Assembly (NCBI GenBank): GCA_963663275.1
Contig: OY760183.1
Span: 3,008,001-3,072,000 of the forward strand
Direction of reading: 5' to 3'
DNA length: 64,000 nt
Source: Chloroflexota bacterium
GTDB lineage: Bacteria > Chloroflexota > UBA11872 > VXOZ01
The notes under the pieces are model-generated. The model was not told the DNA's origin. It made no database searches and worked only from the letters and a program-made list of their open reading frames with translations. Positions 39,299-48,140 of the stretch are shown here, piece after piece (position 1 is the first letter of the stretch; the number at the start of each line of letters is the position of its first letter). Position numbers and translations under genes: made by a program.

Positions 39299-39940
39299 CT
39301 AGTTGCCAGCCGGAACTGGAACGAATCCCCGATCCATAGCGCGGAATTCAATGCGGGTGAGAGTAACCTGCTCGTTTACGTCGAAGATGGCAAGGCACGA
39401 CAGCGACCCAAGAGGCGATATCTGCTCGTCACAACCGATGATATCGACTGGCTCGAACTGTCGCCCGACTGCGTCAAAGCCTATCAGCCCTTCGTCATGA
39501 GAGAATGTGTCCAGATCGCCAACGTGAAACTTGCTCGGGCCAATGCCAACATTGGTGAGACGGAGTCCGACAAGGAGTAACTTGTGGTTATCCGCACTTG
39601 GGGTATATGTCTTGCCCCAAAAGCCGCTTGTCTCGAAGGATTCCCGTCTCTGAACTCCTAGCACCTCAAAAGCAAAGTTGCCAATGCGCGTGCCGGAATC
39701 GAAGGACAGGGAACTATCTGACAGCGGCAGTTTTGAATCTATCTCAATGGTGACGGGTACCTCGATCTGGTACTCGACTCCGTCGTAAGTGAACGTCAGC
39801 AGGGCCGTACTGCTGACTGAGGCTTCAATAGTTACTTTGCCGCCCTCGACCGTGACGCTTCCCTCGTTGGCAAATAGCGTCGGCACAAACAAGAACAGCA
39901 GTATACTCAGGGCAAGAGAACGAACGATCAGCCTACGCAT
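39299..39940 (-). CDS. Secreted protein with DUF4352-like Ig domain
   Basis: Signal peptide MRRLIVRSLAL..LFA; L.V.LRLTN.G..D..GRQFE..I.P....LAIFDV. Confidence 0.6.
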   Translation of the reverse strand: MRRLIVRSLALSILLFLFVPTLFANEGSVTVEGGKVTIEASVSSTALLTFTYDGVEYQIEVPVTIEIDSKLPLSDSSLSFDSGTRIGNFAFEVLGVQRRESFETSGFWGKTYTPSADNHKLLLVGLRLTNVGIGPSKFHVGDLDTFSHDEGLIGFDAVGRQFEPVDIIGCDEQISPLGSLSCLAIFDVNEQVTLTRIEFRAMDRGFVPVPAGN

Positions 39941-40075
39941 AGCGGTGCCTCCTCGCGACACAAACTTGAACTTTGGTCGCGACACCTAAGCACCTGAGCG
40001 AGCCGCGAGGAGACAAGTGTCCCTCGGCTCAAGCTTGTGCCTCGAAGCTCGCTCCAAATACCGTATAGGTGTCGC
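39941..40075 (-). ncRNA. Candidate cis-regulatory leader RNA, copy A
   Basis: Diverged copy of 40183-40319; GCGACACCT/AGGTGTCGC stem, GCGAGC/GCTCGC stem, anti-SD CTCCTCGCG. Confidence 0.6.
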
Positions 40076-40082
40076 AAGCAGC

Positions 40083-40174
40083 ATCGTATCAGGAGGCGAA
40101 ATTCACGTCAATTCTATGTCTACTTATTTCGCATGAGCCCATCATTGACGCAATTCTTCCCACTATGCTAATGT
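40083..40174. promoter_or_regulatory. Back-to-back divergent sigma70 promoters
   Basis: Minus strand: TTGACG(40111-40106)-17-TACGAT; plus strand: TTGACG(40145)-18-TAATGT; each -10 lies 7-8 nt before a leader copy. Confidence 0.6.
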
Positions 40175-40182
40175 AACGCCAC

Positions 40183-40319
40183 GCGACACCTTAAGAGGCC
40201 CTGGCGAGCTTCGGGCACACACCTTGAGCTATTGGTTTAATTTGTCTCCTGGCGGCTCGCACGTGCGCTTGAGGTGTCGCGACCAAGAGCTCATCGTAGT
40301 GTCGCGAGGAGGCGTCATT
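40183..40319 (+). ncRNA. Candidate cis-regulatory leader RNA, copy B
   Basis: Same stems and order as copy A; ends in GTGTCGCGAGGAGG before the GTG start. Confidence 0.6.
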
Positions 40320-40562
40320 GTGGGTACTACTGAGATTCTCATTCTCTCTCTCGTCGTAGTCGCCGGCTACTTCATCCCGCTCATTGTTGCACTGGTCCGG
40401 CGCAAGACCGGGCGCATGCAGGTCTTCATCGTCAACCTCTTCTTCGGTTGGACGTTCATCGGTTGGGTTATCGCATTGGTCATGGCATTCGGCTCAGACA
40501 GCGTCACTGTGGTGCACACAGTAGACCAGGGTACAAGGTCTGAAACGAAGGACGGTGAGTAA
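40320..40562 (+). CDS. Superinfection immunity (Imm)-family membrane protein
   Basis: YFIP.IVA..R......IF.VNLFFGWTFIGWVIALVMA signature. Confidence 0.85.
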   Translation: MGTTEILILSLVVVAGYFIPLIVALVRRKTGRMQVFIVNLFFGWTFIGWVIALVMAFGSDSVTVVHTVDQGTRSETKDGE

Positions 40563-41185
40563 TGCGGGATACCAACGAGCAAATCGCCATTGAGCGCATT
40601 GACCCCGGCCAGGATAAGGAACTGTTGGCGCACATAGCCAACGAAGTTAGCGCGATTCTCACCGAGAACGAGCAATTCCAATACATCGCGCATCAGAATT
40701 GGACGGCTTTCGGTCAACGCAAGGATGCCCTCGTTGCCACCAACAACCGCTTGATCATCTATCAACGCCATTGGTTCGGGCAGTTAACGTTCCACGACTT
40801 TCTTTGGGAGGATGTCAAGAACGTCACGATCCGCGAGGGATTCATAGCCGCCCACATTTCATGCGAACTGACCGATGGCTGGACACACTTTGCCGGCGGC
40901 CTGGTGAAGACTCAGGCCCGCGCGCTCTATGCTATCTGCCAGCAGAAAGAACAAGAGTGGCGCGAGCGTCGCCGCGTGCGCAAAATGGAAGAAGAACGCG
41001 CCCGCGCGGGCGGCACTCAGATTACGGTGCCCGGCAGTCAAATGACGGCACCGAGTAGCGAGGCACCTAACGAAGGTGGATCCTCCCTAGACAAACTGAC
41101 GCAAGCGAAGCAAATGTTCGACCAAGAGTTAATCTCTGAATCGGAGTACGAGACGTTGAAGGCGAACATCCTTAGCAAGATGTGA
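40562..41185 (+). CDS. Bacterial PH-domain protein with C-terminal SHOCT
   Basis: L..NE..QYIA.Q..ALVATNNRLI..; LDKL.QAKQM.DQELISE.EYE.LK..IL; TAATG coupling to imm. Confidence 0.8.
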   Translation: MRDTNEQIAIERIDPGQDKELLAHIANEVSAILTENEQFQYIAHQNWTAFGQRKDALVATNNRLIIYQRHWFGQLTFHDFLWEDVKNVTIREGFIAAHISCELTDGWTHFAGGLVKTQARALYAICQQKEQEWRERRRVRKMEEERARAGGTQITVPGSQMTAPSSEAPNEGGSSLDKLTQAKQMFDQELISESEYETLKANILSKM

Positions 41186-41424
41186 CCATTAAAACATCAT
41201 GCCGCTGCCTGAACTTCAAGACGTGCAAGAGTAAAACCACACTCGCTGGATGTGCGACTGACAAGATTGGTATTCTTGTGCACTTCCCATATGGGTCTCG
41301 CTCAGCGTGGTTTACGCGAAGGCGCATTGCCCAAGCGAGCACTCCCCTGCTACCCCCGCTCTTGAGCGTGTCTACTAAGTGTTGCGAGCGTGCCGTGGAT
41401 GTCGCTGGTCAGCCCTTAACTCAA

Positions 41425-42126
41425 TTAGGACGTTTCGCCGTTTTCGCTGTTCCAGGCGCGGCTGCCTTTGACGCGCAGATAGGCTGCGCCGGCTTCGATC
41501 CAGGCTTCGCGGTAGGCGTAGAGGGTTTTCTCGTTCGCGCCGGCCACGCTGCGCACCTCTTCCGCGGTCTGATGCAGCCAGGGCACGTTGTCCGCTACCT
41601 CGTCGGGGCGCTCCAGCAGGAAGCGGCGCATCTCCGCCAGCTTGGTCAGGCCGCCGGGCACGTCCGGTCCGGTGATCTCCCGCATCTCCTCCGCCGCGGC
41701 CAGCAGCGCGTCGGCGGCTTCCTTGTAGACCTCCCAGCGGCGCTGCATGCGTTCCATCATGTGCTGGATGTCGTCCAGCAGCGCCTCCACGTGCGCCGCG
41801 TCTGTGCCCACCCGCGCCGGTTCTTCCTCCTCGATGCGCTTCAGTTCGTCGATGCTGCCGCAGACGTCGGTATAGTGAGTCTGGCGCGCGGCGCCTTCCG
41901 CCGTCATGTCCGGCACGAACTGGTTGGCCCCGGCCCAGCGCACCCGGGGCAACTCCATCATGCCGCCGTCCTCGAAATACACCAGCGGCGGTTGGTTGTG
42001 GCCGGCCTCTTCCACGTGGGCCCGGCCCAGGGCGATTTTTTCCAGTATCTTCTCGCGGTGCGGCGACGGCGGCAGCCACCGCTCGTCAATACCAGCAACG
42101 GCAACTCTCTCTTCTACCTGGCTCAT
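41425..42126 (-). CDS. Hypothetical helical protein
   Basis: Host-like codon usage, GAGGAG RBS; no family recognised. Confidence 0.7.
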   Translation of the reverse strand: MSQVEERVAVAGIDERWLPPSPHREKILEKIALGRAHVEEAGHNQPPLVYFEDGGMMELPRVRWAGANQFVPDMTAEGAARQTHYTDVCGSIDELKRIEEEEPARVGTDAAHVEALLDDIQHMMERMQRRWEVYKEAADALLAAAEEMREITGPDVPGGLTKLAEMRRFLLERPDEVADNVPWLHQTAEEVRSVAGANEKTLYAYREAWIEAGAAYLRVKGSRAWNSENGETS

Positions 42127-42221
42127 CCTGAATGCTCCTCTTCCTGAATTACGTTCTACTGCGGCGCGCAAGGACTGGCGCTCTCCCTGCACTTCCGCAT
42201 TTTCCTTAGTATACTACGCTC

Positions 42222-42866
42222 ATGAATGACGTAATCCCGGAACTGCGCTTCGATAGCAGCCGTCGGATCGCGGCCCTGCGGAGCCATGGCGTCACCCTGC
42301 GCGGCGGCGCGGTGACCCTGCGGCCCATGACGGAAGGCGATTGGGACGTGCTGCTCACGTGGAACAACGATCCCGTCGTGATGGCGCTTGCCGACCACAG
42401 CCCCTTTGAAGAAACCGCGTTGGCCGAGTTGCAGACCATCTACCGCTGGATTTCCACTCACGCCCACTGCTTCATCATGGAAGTGGCGGGCGCGCCCATC
42501 GGCGAGTGCTGGCTGCAACGCATGAACCTGCAGCGGCTCGTAGACCAATTTCCCGACCAAGACCTGCGCCGCATCGACCTGATGATCGGCGAAAAAGAGC
42601 TTTGGGGACGCGGCTACGGCACGGAAACCATCGGGCTGCTGGTGGACTTTGGCTTCCGCGTGGAGCAGGCGGACGCCATCTGCGCCCTGGTTGCGGAAGA
42701 TAACCGCCGCAGCCAACGCGCCTTCCACAAGAACGGCTTCACCCGCCACGCCACCCTCCAAGAGCCGGATGGAACGGTAATCACCGATCTGGTCCTGCGG
42801 CGGACGGCATACGAGGCCGCGAGAGCAGGAGAGTCATCGCGGCAAAGTGGCGGGGATGGCGCGTGA
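42222..42866 (+). CDS. GNAT-family N-acetyltransferase (RimJ/RimL-like)
   Basis: LRPMTE.D, IGEKELWGRGYGTE, N.RS.RAF.KNGF; TATACT 6 nt upstream (leaderless). Confidence 0.88.
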   Translation: MNDVIPELRFDSSRRIAALRSHGVTLRGGAVTLRPMTEGDWDVLLTWNNDPVVMALADHSPFEETALAELQTIYRWISTHAHCFIMEVAGAPIGECWLQRMNLQRLVDQFPDQDLRRIDLMIGEKELWGRGYGTETIGLLVDFGFRVEQADAICALVAEDNRRSQRAFHKNGFTRHATLQEPDGTVITDLVLRRTAYEAARAGESSRQSGGDGA

Positions 42867-42910
42867 ATTTGCCCCCAAGAGTAGACGTGGGCTCCTTGCC
42901 GCGTGCCGGG

Positions 42911-44008
42911 CTATGCCGGCGTTACGGAGATCCCGCTGCCCTCGCTCACGCTGCCGATGATCCAGCAGGGCTCGTTGGCGGCGCGGAAGGCTGCTTCCAG
43001 TTGGGCCTGCCGTTGGGGCGGTACGGCTGCCAGGAGGCCGCCGCTGGTCTGGGGATCGAAGAGCAGCGCGGCAAGCGCAGGCGGGATTGCCGCGTCCAGC
43101 GTCAGCAGTCCTTCGTCCAGCAGGTGCGCGCGGTTGCGGTCCAGGCCGCCGGGAACCACGCCGTCGCGAGCGTAGTCCAGCGCGCCGGACAGCAGCGGGA
43201 CGGCTTGGGCGTCGATGATGAACCGGACGTTGCCGTGGCGCGCCATCTCCATGGCGTGGCCGAGCAGGCCGTAGCCAGTGACGTCGGTGCAGGCGTGGAT
43301 TCCGTTCGCCACTCCCACACCGTCCGTCTCTCCCGCGCAAGCGGTAGTCCCGGCGCCCAACCTCTGAAACAGCCGCGCGGCGCCGGCGTTCAGGCGGCAC
43401 ATGCTCGCGATGGCCTCCTCCAAGTGCGCCGGCGCCACGCAATCGCGCTTGTGGGCCGTGGTTATTACGCCGGTGCCGATCGGTTTCGTCAGCGCCAGCA
43501 GATCGCCTGGTTGCGCGCCGGACTTCGTGAAGATGCGGTCGGGATGCACCTGGCCGGTCACCGCCAGGCCGTACTTCGGCTCCTCGTCGGTCACCGTATG
43601 CCCGCCGGCGATCACCGCGCCGGCTTCCAGTACCTTGTCCGCGCCGCCCAGGAAGATGCGGCCCAGGATGTCCAGGTCCAGGTCGTCCGGAAAGCCCGCC
43701 AGGTTCAGGGCAAAGAGCGGCTCGCCGCCCATGGCGTAGACGTCGCTCAGGGCATTGGCGGCGGCAATTTGGCCGTAGGCGTAGGGGTCGTCCACCACGG
43801 GAGGAAAGAAGTCCGCCGTGCCGATGATGGCCCGCTCGTCGCTGATCCGATAGACGGCGGCGTCATCGGGCGCGGTGAGACCGACCAGCAGGTTGCTATT
43901 GGCTTGGGAGGGAAAGGCGCGCAGCACCTGCGCGAGCTCGGCGGGGCCGAGTTTGCCCGCTCACCCGGCGCAGTCGGCCAAGGCGGTCAATCGTACCGGT
44001 GTTGTCAT
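42911..44008 (-). CDS. selD: Selenide, water dikinase SelD, selenocysteine-containing
   Basis: MTTPVRLTALADCAG-TGA-AGKLGP continues in frame into DDAAVY, DFFPPVVDDP, ANALSDVYAMGG, DVTGYGLLGH, DPQTSGGLL. Confidence 0.95.
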
Positions 44009-44093
44009 GCGGTCGTTCCTCGCAGGCCGCAAGAGGCCTTCATGGCAGGAAATGCCCAGCGGCGGCGTGTCCAATCCGTGGCGCGCGCGGCGG

Positions 44094-44609
44094 CTACACG
44101 TCGTCACCGTTCCCCATGCGCGCGAACAAGCCTTGGAACAGCCCCTCGATGCGCGACACGCGCTCGCTCAAGTCGGCAACGCGCTCACCCAAAGCGGCAA
44201 CGTGGGATTCCAGTGTGGAGACGCGTGTTTCCAGTGCAGAAAAGCGCGTTTCCAGCGCAGTAACACTCGATTCTACTTCAGAGAAGCGCTTTTCTAGTCC
44301 AGAGAAGCGCTGCTCCAGCCCAGAAAAGCGCGCTTCTAGCTCAGAATAGCGCTGCTCCAGCCCAGAAAAGCGCGCTTCTAACTCAGAATAGCGTTGCTCC
44401 AGCCCAGAAAAGCGCTGGTCAAGTTTGGTGAGGCGATCTTCCAGCCCAGAAAAGCGCTGCTCAAGTTTGGTGAAGCGATCTTCCAGCCCAGAAAAGCGTT
44501 GCTCATTGTGACGTTCGAGCGCGCGAATCTGCGCGATGATGATCCCACCAATTGCCGACATCGCAATGAGGATAGTCGCCAACAAGCCAATGAACTGTAC
44601 GTTATCCAT
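44094..44609 (-). CDS. N-terminal TM protein with heptad tandem repeats (coiled coil)
   Basis: TM helix, then RFSGLEQ/RYSELEA 21-bp units, ending ERVSRIEG. Confidence 0.75.
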   Translation of the reverse strand: MDNVQFIGLLATILIAMSAIGGIIIAQIRALERHNEQRFSGLEDRFTKLEQRFSGLEDRLTKLDQRFSGLEQRYSELEARFSGLEQRYSELEARFSGLEQRFSGLEKRFSEVESSVTALETRFSALETRVSTLESHVAALGERVADLSERVSRIEGLFQGLFARMGNGDDV

Positions 44610-44794
44610 TGTGCCCTCGCTCTCCCACGCTCTTTCAGCTAGCGCCATTAGTATACTACACACTCACAGGAGAGCGTTGCAGCCAGTCGCAAAACCCGCC
44701 GCACCGCAGTACCGTATAACCGGCGCGGCGTCAACGTTCCTGCCAGGAATCGAGCCGCTACGCGGCAATTGCGCCACCCGCATCAAGGGCCAAA

Positions 44795-45643
44795 CTAAGC
44801 AAAGTCCCGCCATGAGTACTGCGCCGCAAAGCCCAGTTCGCGTTTCGCTTTGGCGTTGCTGATGCCGGACTCTGCGCCGGTAAGATGAGCGGCCATGTCG
44901 CCGATGCCGGGGAACGCCAGCGGCGCGGCTTCGGCCACGGGCACGGAGCAGAAGGCGTCGTCGGCCACGATGTAGTACGCGCCCTGCACGGCGGATTCCG
45001 TCTCCAACGCCAGGCGAAAGCCCACGGCCAGGTCGCGCACGTCCGCATAGCCCCAAATGCCGCCGTAGTAAGCGTTGAAGTCTGCCTCCAGCGCCGCCAG
45101 ACGATCCGGCCAGGTTTCCGGCATTACCACGTGCGACGGACGGATGGACACCGCGGGTATGCCCGTGCGCCGGTGGGCCATGTCCACGGTGTCCTCACCC
45201 ACCACCTTGGAGAGGGCGTAGGGATCTTGCGGCAGATCGGGATGGTTTTCGTCCAACGGCAGATAGTGCGGGGCAAAGTCCCGGTAGCGAAAGCTCATGC
45301 CGAGCACGTTGATGCTGCTGGTGGCCACGATCTTGCGCAGGCCCAGGGTGGCGGCGGCCTCGCACACGTTGTACGTGCCCATCACGTTCGTGCGGAAGAC
45401 GTACGCGTTGGCGTGGGTTCCCGGCGAGGGAATGGCCGAAAGGTGCACCACCGCCTCGGCCGGGGCCAGCAGTTCGAAGATCGTGCCCTCATCCTCATGG
45501 TCGCCCAGGCGATAGCGCACGCCGGGCTCCGGTTCCGGCGGGGCTACCCGATCGAACGAGACGACTTCGTGCCCGTGCCGCACAAGTTCGCGCACCACGT
45601 AGCGTCCGATATTGCCGCTGCCGCCGGTCACAACCACTTTCAT
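44795..45643 (-). CDS. NAD-dependent epimerase/dehydratase
   Basis: VTGGSGNIG, VVHLSA, YALSK. Confidence 0.9.
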   Translation of the reverse strand: MKVVVTGGSGNIGRYVVRELVRHGHEVVSFDRVAPPEPEPGVRYRLGDHEDEGTIFELLAPAEAVVHLSAIPSPGTHANAYVFRTNVMGTYNVCEAAATLGLRKIVATSSINVLGMSFRYRDFAPHYLPLDENHPDLPQDPYALSKVVGEDTVDMAHRRTGIPAVSIRPSHVVMPETWPDRLAALEADFNAYYGGIWGYADVRDLAVGFRLALETESAVQGAYYIVADDAFCSVPVAEAAPLAFPGIGDMAAHLTGAESGISNAKAKRELGFAAQYSWRDFA

Positions 45644-45910
45644 GCCGTTTTCCTCCTCTTGGGCTGAATACTCGTGCTACGCTATGGTAACAGGCGCGCC
45701 CGTAGACCCGCCTGCTTGCGCATAGTTGACTGCCGCGTGCACGTTAGTATAGCGTGGGACACAACACTGGGCTGACCTCGCGCCTCGCGGAGCAATTGCA
45801 GGGGCGGCAAAAAGCAATTGACTTCGCGCCTCGCGCAGGCTGCGGCCGGTAGGGGCAGTTTCGCGACCTGCCTGGTAAAGTCACGAAGAAGAACTAAAGA
45901 GGAAGCGACA

Positions 45911-46768
45911 ATGAGTACGATTGCCATCGTTACCGACAGCACGAGCGATCTCGATCCCGCGGTTGCGGCGGAGCAGCACATTACCCTGGTGCCGGCGCAC
46001 GTGCGTTTCGGCGACGTCGACTACAAGGACGGCGTGGACATCACCGGCGAGCAGTTCTACGCCATGCTTACCGAGGCGCGGGACTTGCCCCAGACCTCGC
46101 AGCCTTCCGTGGGGGAATTTGCCGAGGTCTACGAACGGCTCGCCCAAGACCATGAGCACATCGTCTCGCTCCACGTCTCCGGCAAGCTGAGCGGCACCAT
46201 GCAGTCGGCGCTCACCGCCGCGCAGCAGTTCGAGGGAGAGTCGTCCTGCCAGATTCACGTGGTTGACACCCAATCGGCCTCGATTGGCTTGGCCTACATG
46301 GCGCGGGAAGCGGCGCGGCTGGTAGGGAAAGGCAGCGAAGCCGACCAGATCGTGAATCACATCAAGTACGTGGCGGGCCTCATGCATCTGGCCTTTACCC
46401 CGGATACGCTGGAGTACCTGCGGCGCGGCGGACGGCTGGGCGCGGCGTCCCACTTGCTGGGTTCGCTGCTCCGCATCAAGCCGGTGCTCATCCTCGAAGA
46501 CGGCGCGATCGAAGCGCTTGATAAGGTGCGCACGCGCTCACGCGTAGTGGAGCGCATGGTGCGCTACGTGGAATCCGTGGCCGGCGCCGACGCTACCCTC
46601 ACCCACCTGGGCGTGATGCACGCGAACGATCCGGATTTCGCGGCGGAGTTGCAGGAGGCAATCTTGGGCCGCGTCTCCGCCCAGAGCGTCTTGAACGGCT
46701 CGATCGGCCCGGCCATCGGCACCCATGCCGGCCCCGGCGCCGTTGGCATTTCATTTCATAAGGAGTAG
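45911..46768 (+). CDS. DegV-family fatty acid-binding protein
   Basis: IVTDSTSDL, TSQPS, LSGT, L.YL.RGGR, IKP, IGTHAGPG. Confidence 0.93.
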   Translation: MSTIAIVTDSTSDLDPAVAAEQHITLVPAHVRFGDVDYKDGVDITGEQFYAMLTEARDLPQTSQPSVGEFAEVYERLAQDHEHIVSLHVSGKLSGTMQSALTAAQQFEGESSCQIHVVDTQSASIGLAYMAREAARLVGKGSEADQIVNHIKYVAGLMHLAFTPDTLEYLRRGGRLGAASHLLGSLLRIKPVLILEDGAIEALDKVRTRSRVVERMVRYVESVAGADATLTHLGVMHANDPDFAAELQEAILGRVSAQSVLNGSIGPAIGTHAGPGAVGISFHKE

Positions 46769-46777
46769 GTCACGTCT

Positions 46778-48136
46778 ATGCGCGAACGCATCGAAGACGC
46801 GCTCAAGCAACATACGGCGGATTTCGTGGAAGTCCGCATCGCGGAAACGGCGACTACCAGCATTACCTACCGCGGCCAGGAACTCGAAGAAGTGGGCACC
46901 ACCACGGAACTGGGCGGCTGCGTGCGCGCGGCGGTGAACGGCGGCTGGGGCTTCGTCTCCTTCAATCGCATCGCCAACCTGCGCGACAAGGTGAACCAAG
47001 CCGTTAGCCAGGCCCGGCTGGTAGGCGCGGAGAAGACGGAATTGGCGGACGTGCCGACAGTGCAGGACGCGGCGGCCCTCTCCATGCGGCGCGACCCCCG
47101 CGAGGTCCCGCTGGCGGAAAAGAAGCGCCTCATGGACTCCTACGTGGAGGAAATCTGGCGCGCCCCCAAAATCCAGACCTCCACCGTCCGCTATGGCGAC
47201 GGCTACCGCAAGCAGTACTACGGCAACTCGACCGGAACCTACGTCGAGCAGGAGCGCGGCCGGGTGACGGCGCACTTTGGCGTGGTGGCGCGGGATAACG
47301 GCAACGTGCAGCAGTCCCGGGCGGGCTTTGCCAGCGGCGACGACTACGGCGTGGTGGAAGGCCACCATGACGAGGTGCGCGAGACTGCCCAGAAAGCCGT
47401 GGCCATGCTCGACGCCACGCCGCCCAAAGGCGGCGAGTTCATGGTGATACTGGATTCCACCCTGGCCGGTGTCTTTGCCCACGAGGCGTTTGGGCACCTG
47501 TCGGAAGCCGACCACGTCTACGAAAACGACAAGCTCAAGGAGATGATGGTCCTGGGCCGCACCTTTGGCGGCAAGTATCTCAACATCACCGACAGCGGCA
47601 AGGTGCCCGGCCTTACCGGCTCCTTCGCTTACGACGACGAGGGCGTACCGACCGGCAAGCAGTACCTCATCCGCGAGGGCGAACTGGTGGGGCGGCTGCA
47701 CTCGCGGGAAACGGCGGGCAAGATGAACGAAGCCCCCACCGGCAACGCCCGCGCCCAGAGCTACCGCGTGCCGCCGCTGGTGCGCATGCGCAATACCGCC
47801 ATCGAGCCGGGCGAAACGCCGCTGGAGGACATGCTGGCCGAGGTGAAAGACGGCGTCTACTGCAAGAATTGGTACGGCGGCCAGACCAGCATGGAGATGT
47901 TCACCTTCTCCTGCATGGAAGCCTACGCCATCCGCGACGGCAAACTGGCGGAGCCGCTGCGCGGGGTAAACCTCTCCGGCAACGTCTTTACCACGCTGGA
48001 AAACATCGTCGCCGTCGGCAACGACTTCGCCTGGGACCCGGCCGGCGGGACGTGCGGCAAGGGCGGCCAGTCGGCGCCGGTGGGCGACGGCAGCCCCCAC
48101 GTGCTCATTAGCAAGTGCCTGGTGGGAGGACAGTAA
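46778..48136 (+). CDS. tldD: TldD metalloprotease
   Basis: HEAFGHLSEAD, YDDEG, RMRNT, CGKGGQ. Confidence 0.92.
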   Translation: MRERIEDALKQHTADFVEVRIAETATTSITYRGQELEEVGTTTELGGCVRAAVNGGWGFVSFNRIANLRDKVNQAVSQARLVGAEKTELADVPTVQDAAALSMRRDPREVPLAEKKRLMDSYVEEIWRAPKIQTSTVRYGDGYRKQYYGNSTGTYVEQERGRVTAHFGVVARDNGNVQQSRAGFASGDDYGVVEGHHDEVRETAQKAVAMLDATPPKGGEFMVILDSTLAGVFAHEAFGHLSEADHVYENDKLKEMMVLGRTFGGKYLNITDSGKVPGLTGSFAYDDEGVPTGKQYLIREGELVGRLHSRETAGKMNEAPTGNARAQSYRVPPLVRMRNTAIEPGETPLEDMLAEVKDGVYCKNWYGGQTSMEMFTFSCMEAYAIRDGKLAEPLRGVNLSGNVFTTLENIVAVGNDFAWDPAGGTCGKGGQSAPVGDGSPHVLISKCLVGGQ

Positions 48137-48140
48137 GCGT

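Noticed and set aside
39941-40319. Invertible promoter switch or integron attC sites
   Set aside because: The repeats are diverged with indels, both orientations already have a promoter, no recombinase is nearby, and there are no RYYYAAC/GTTRRRY ends
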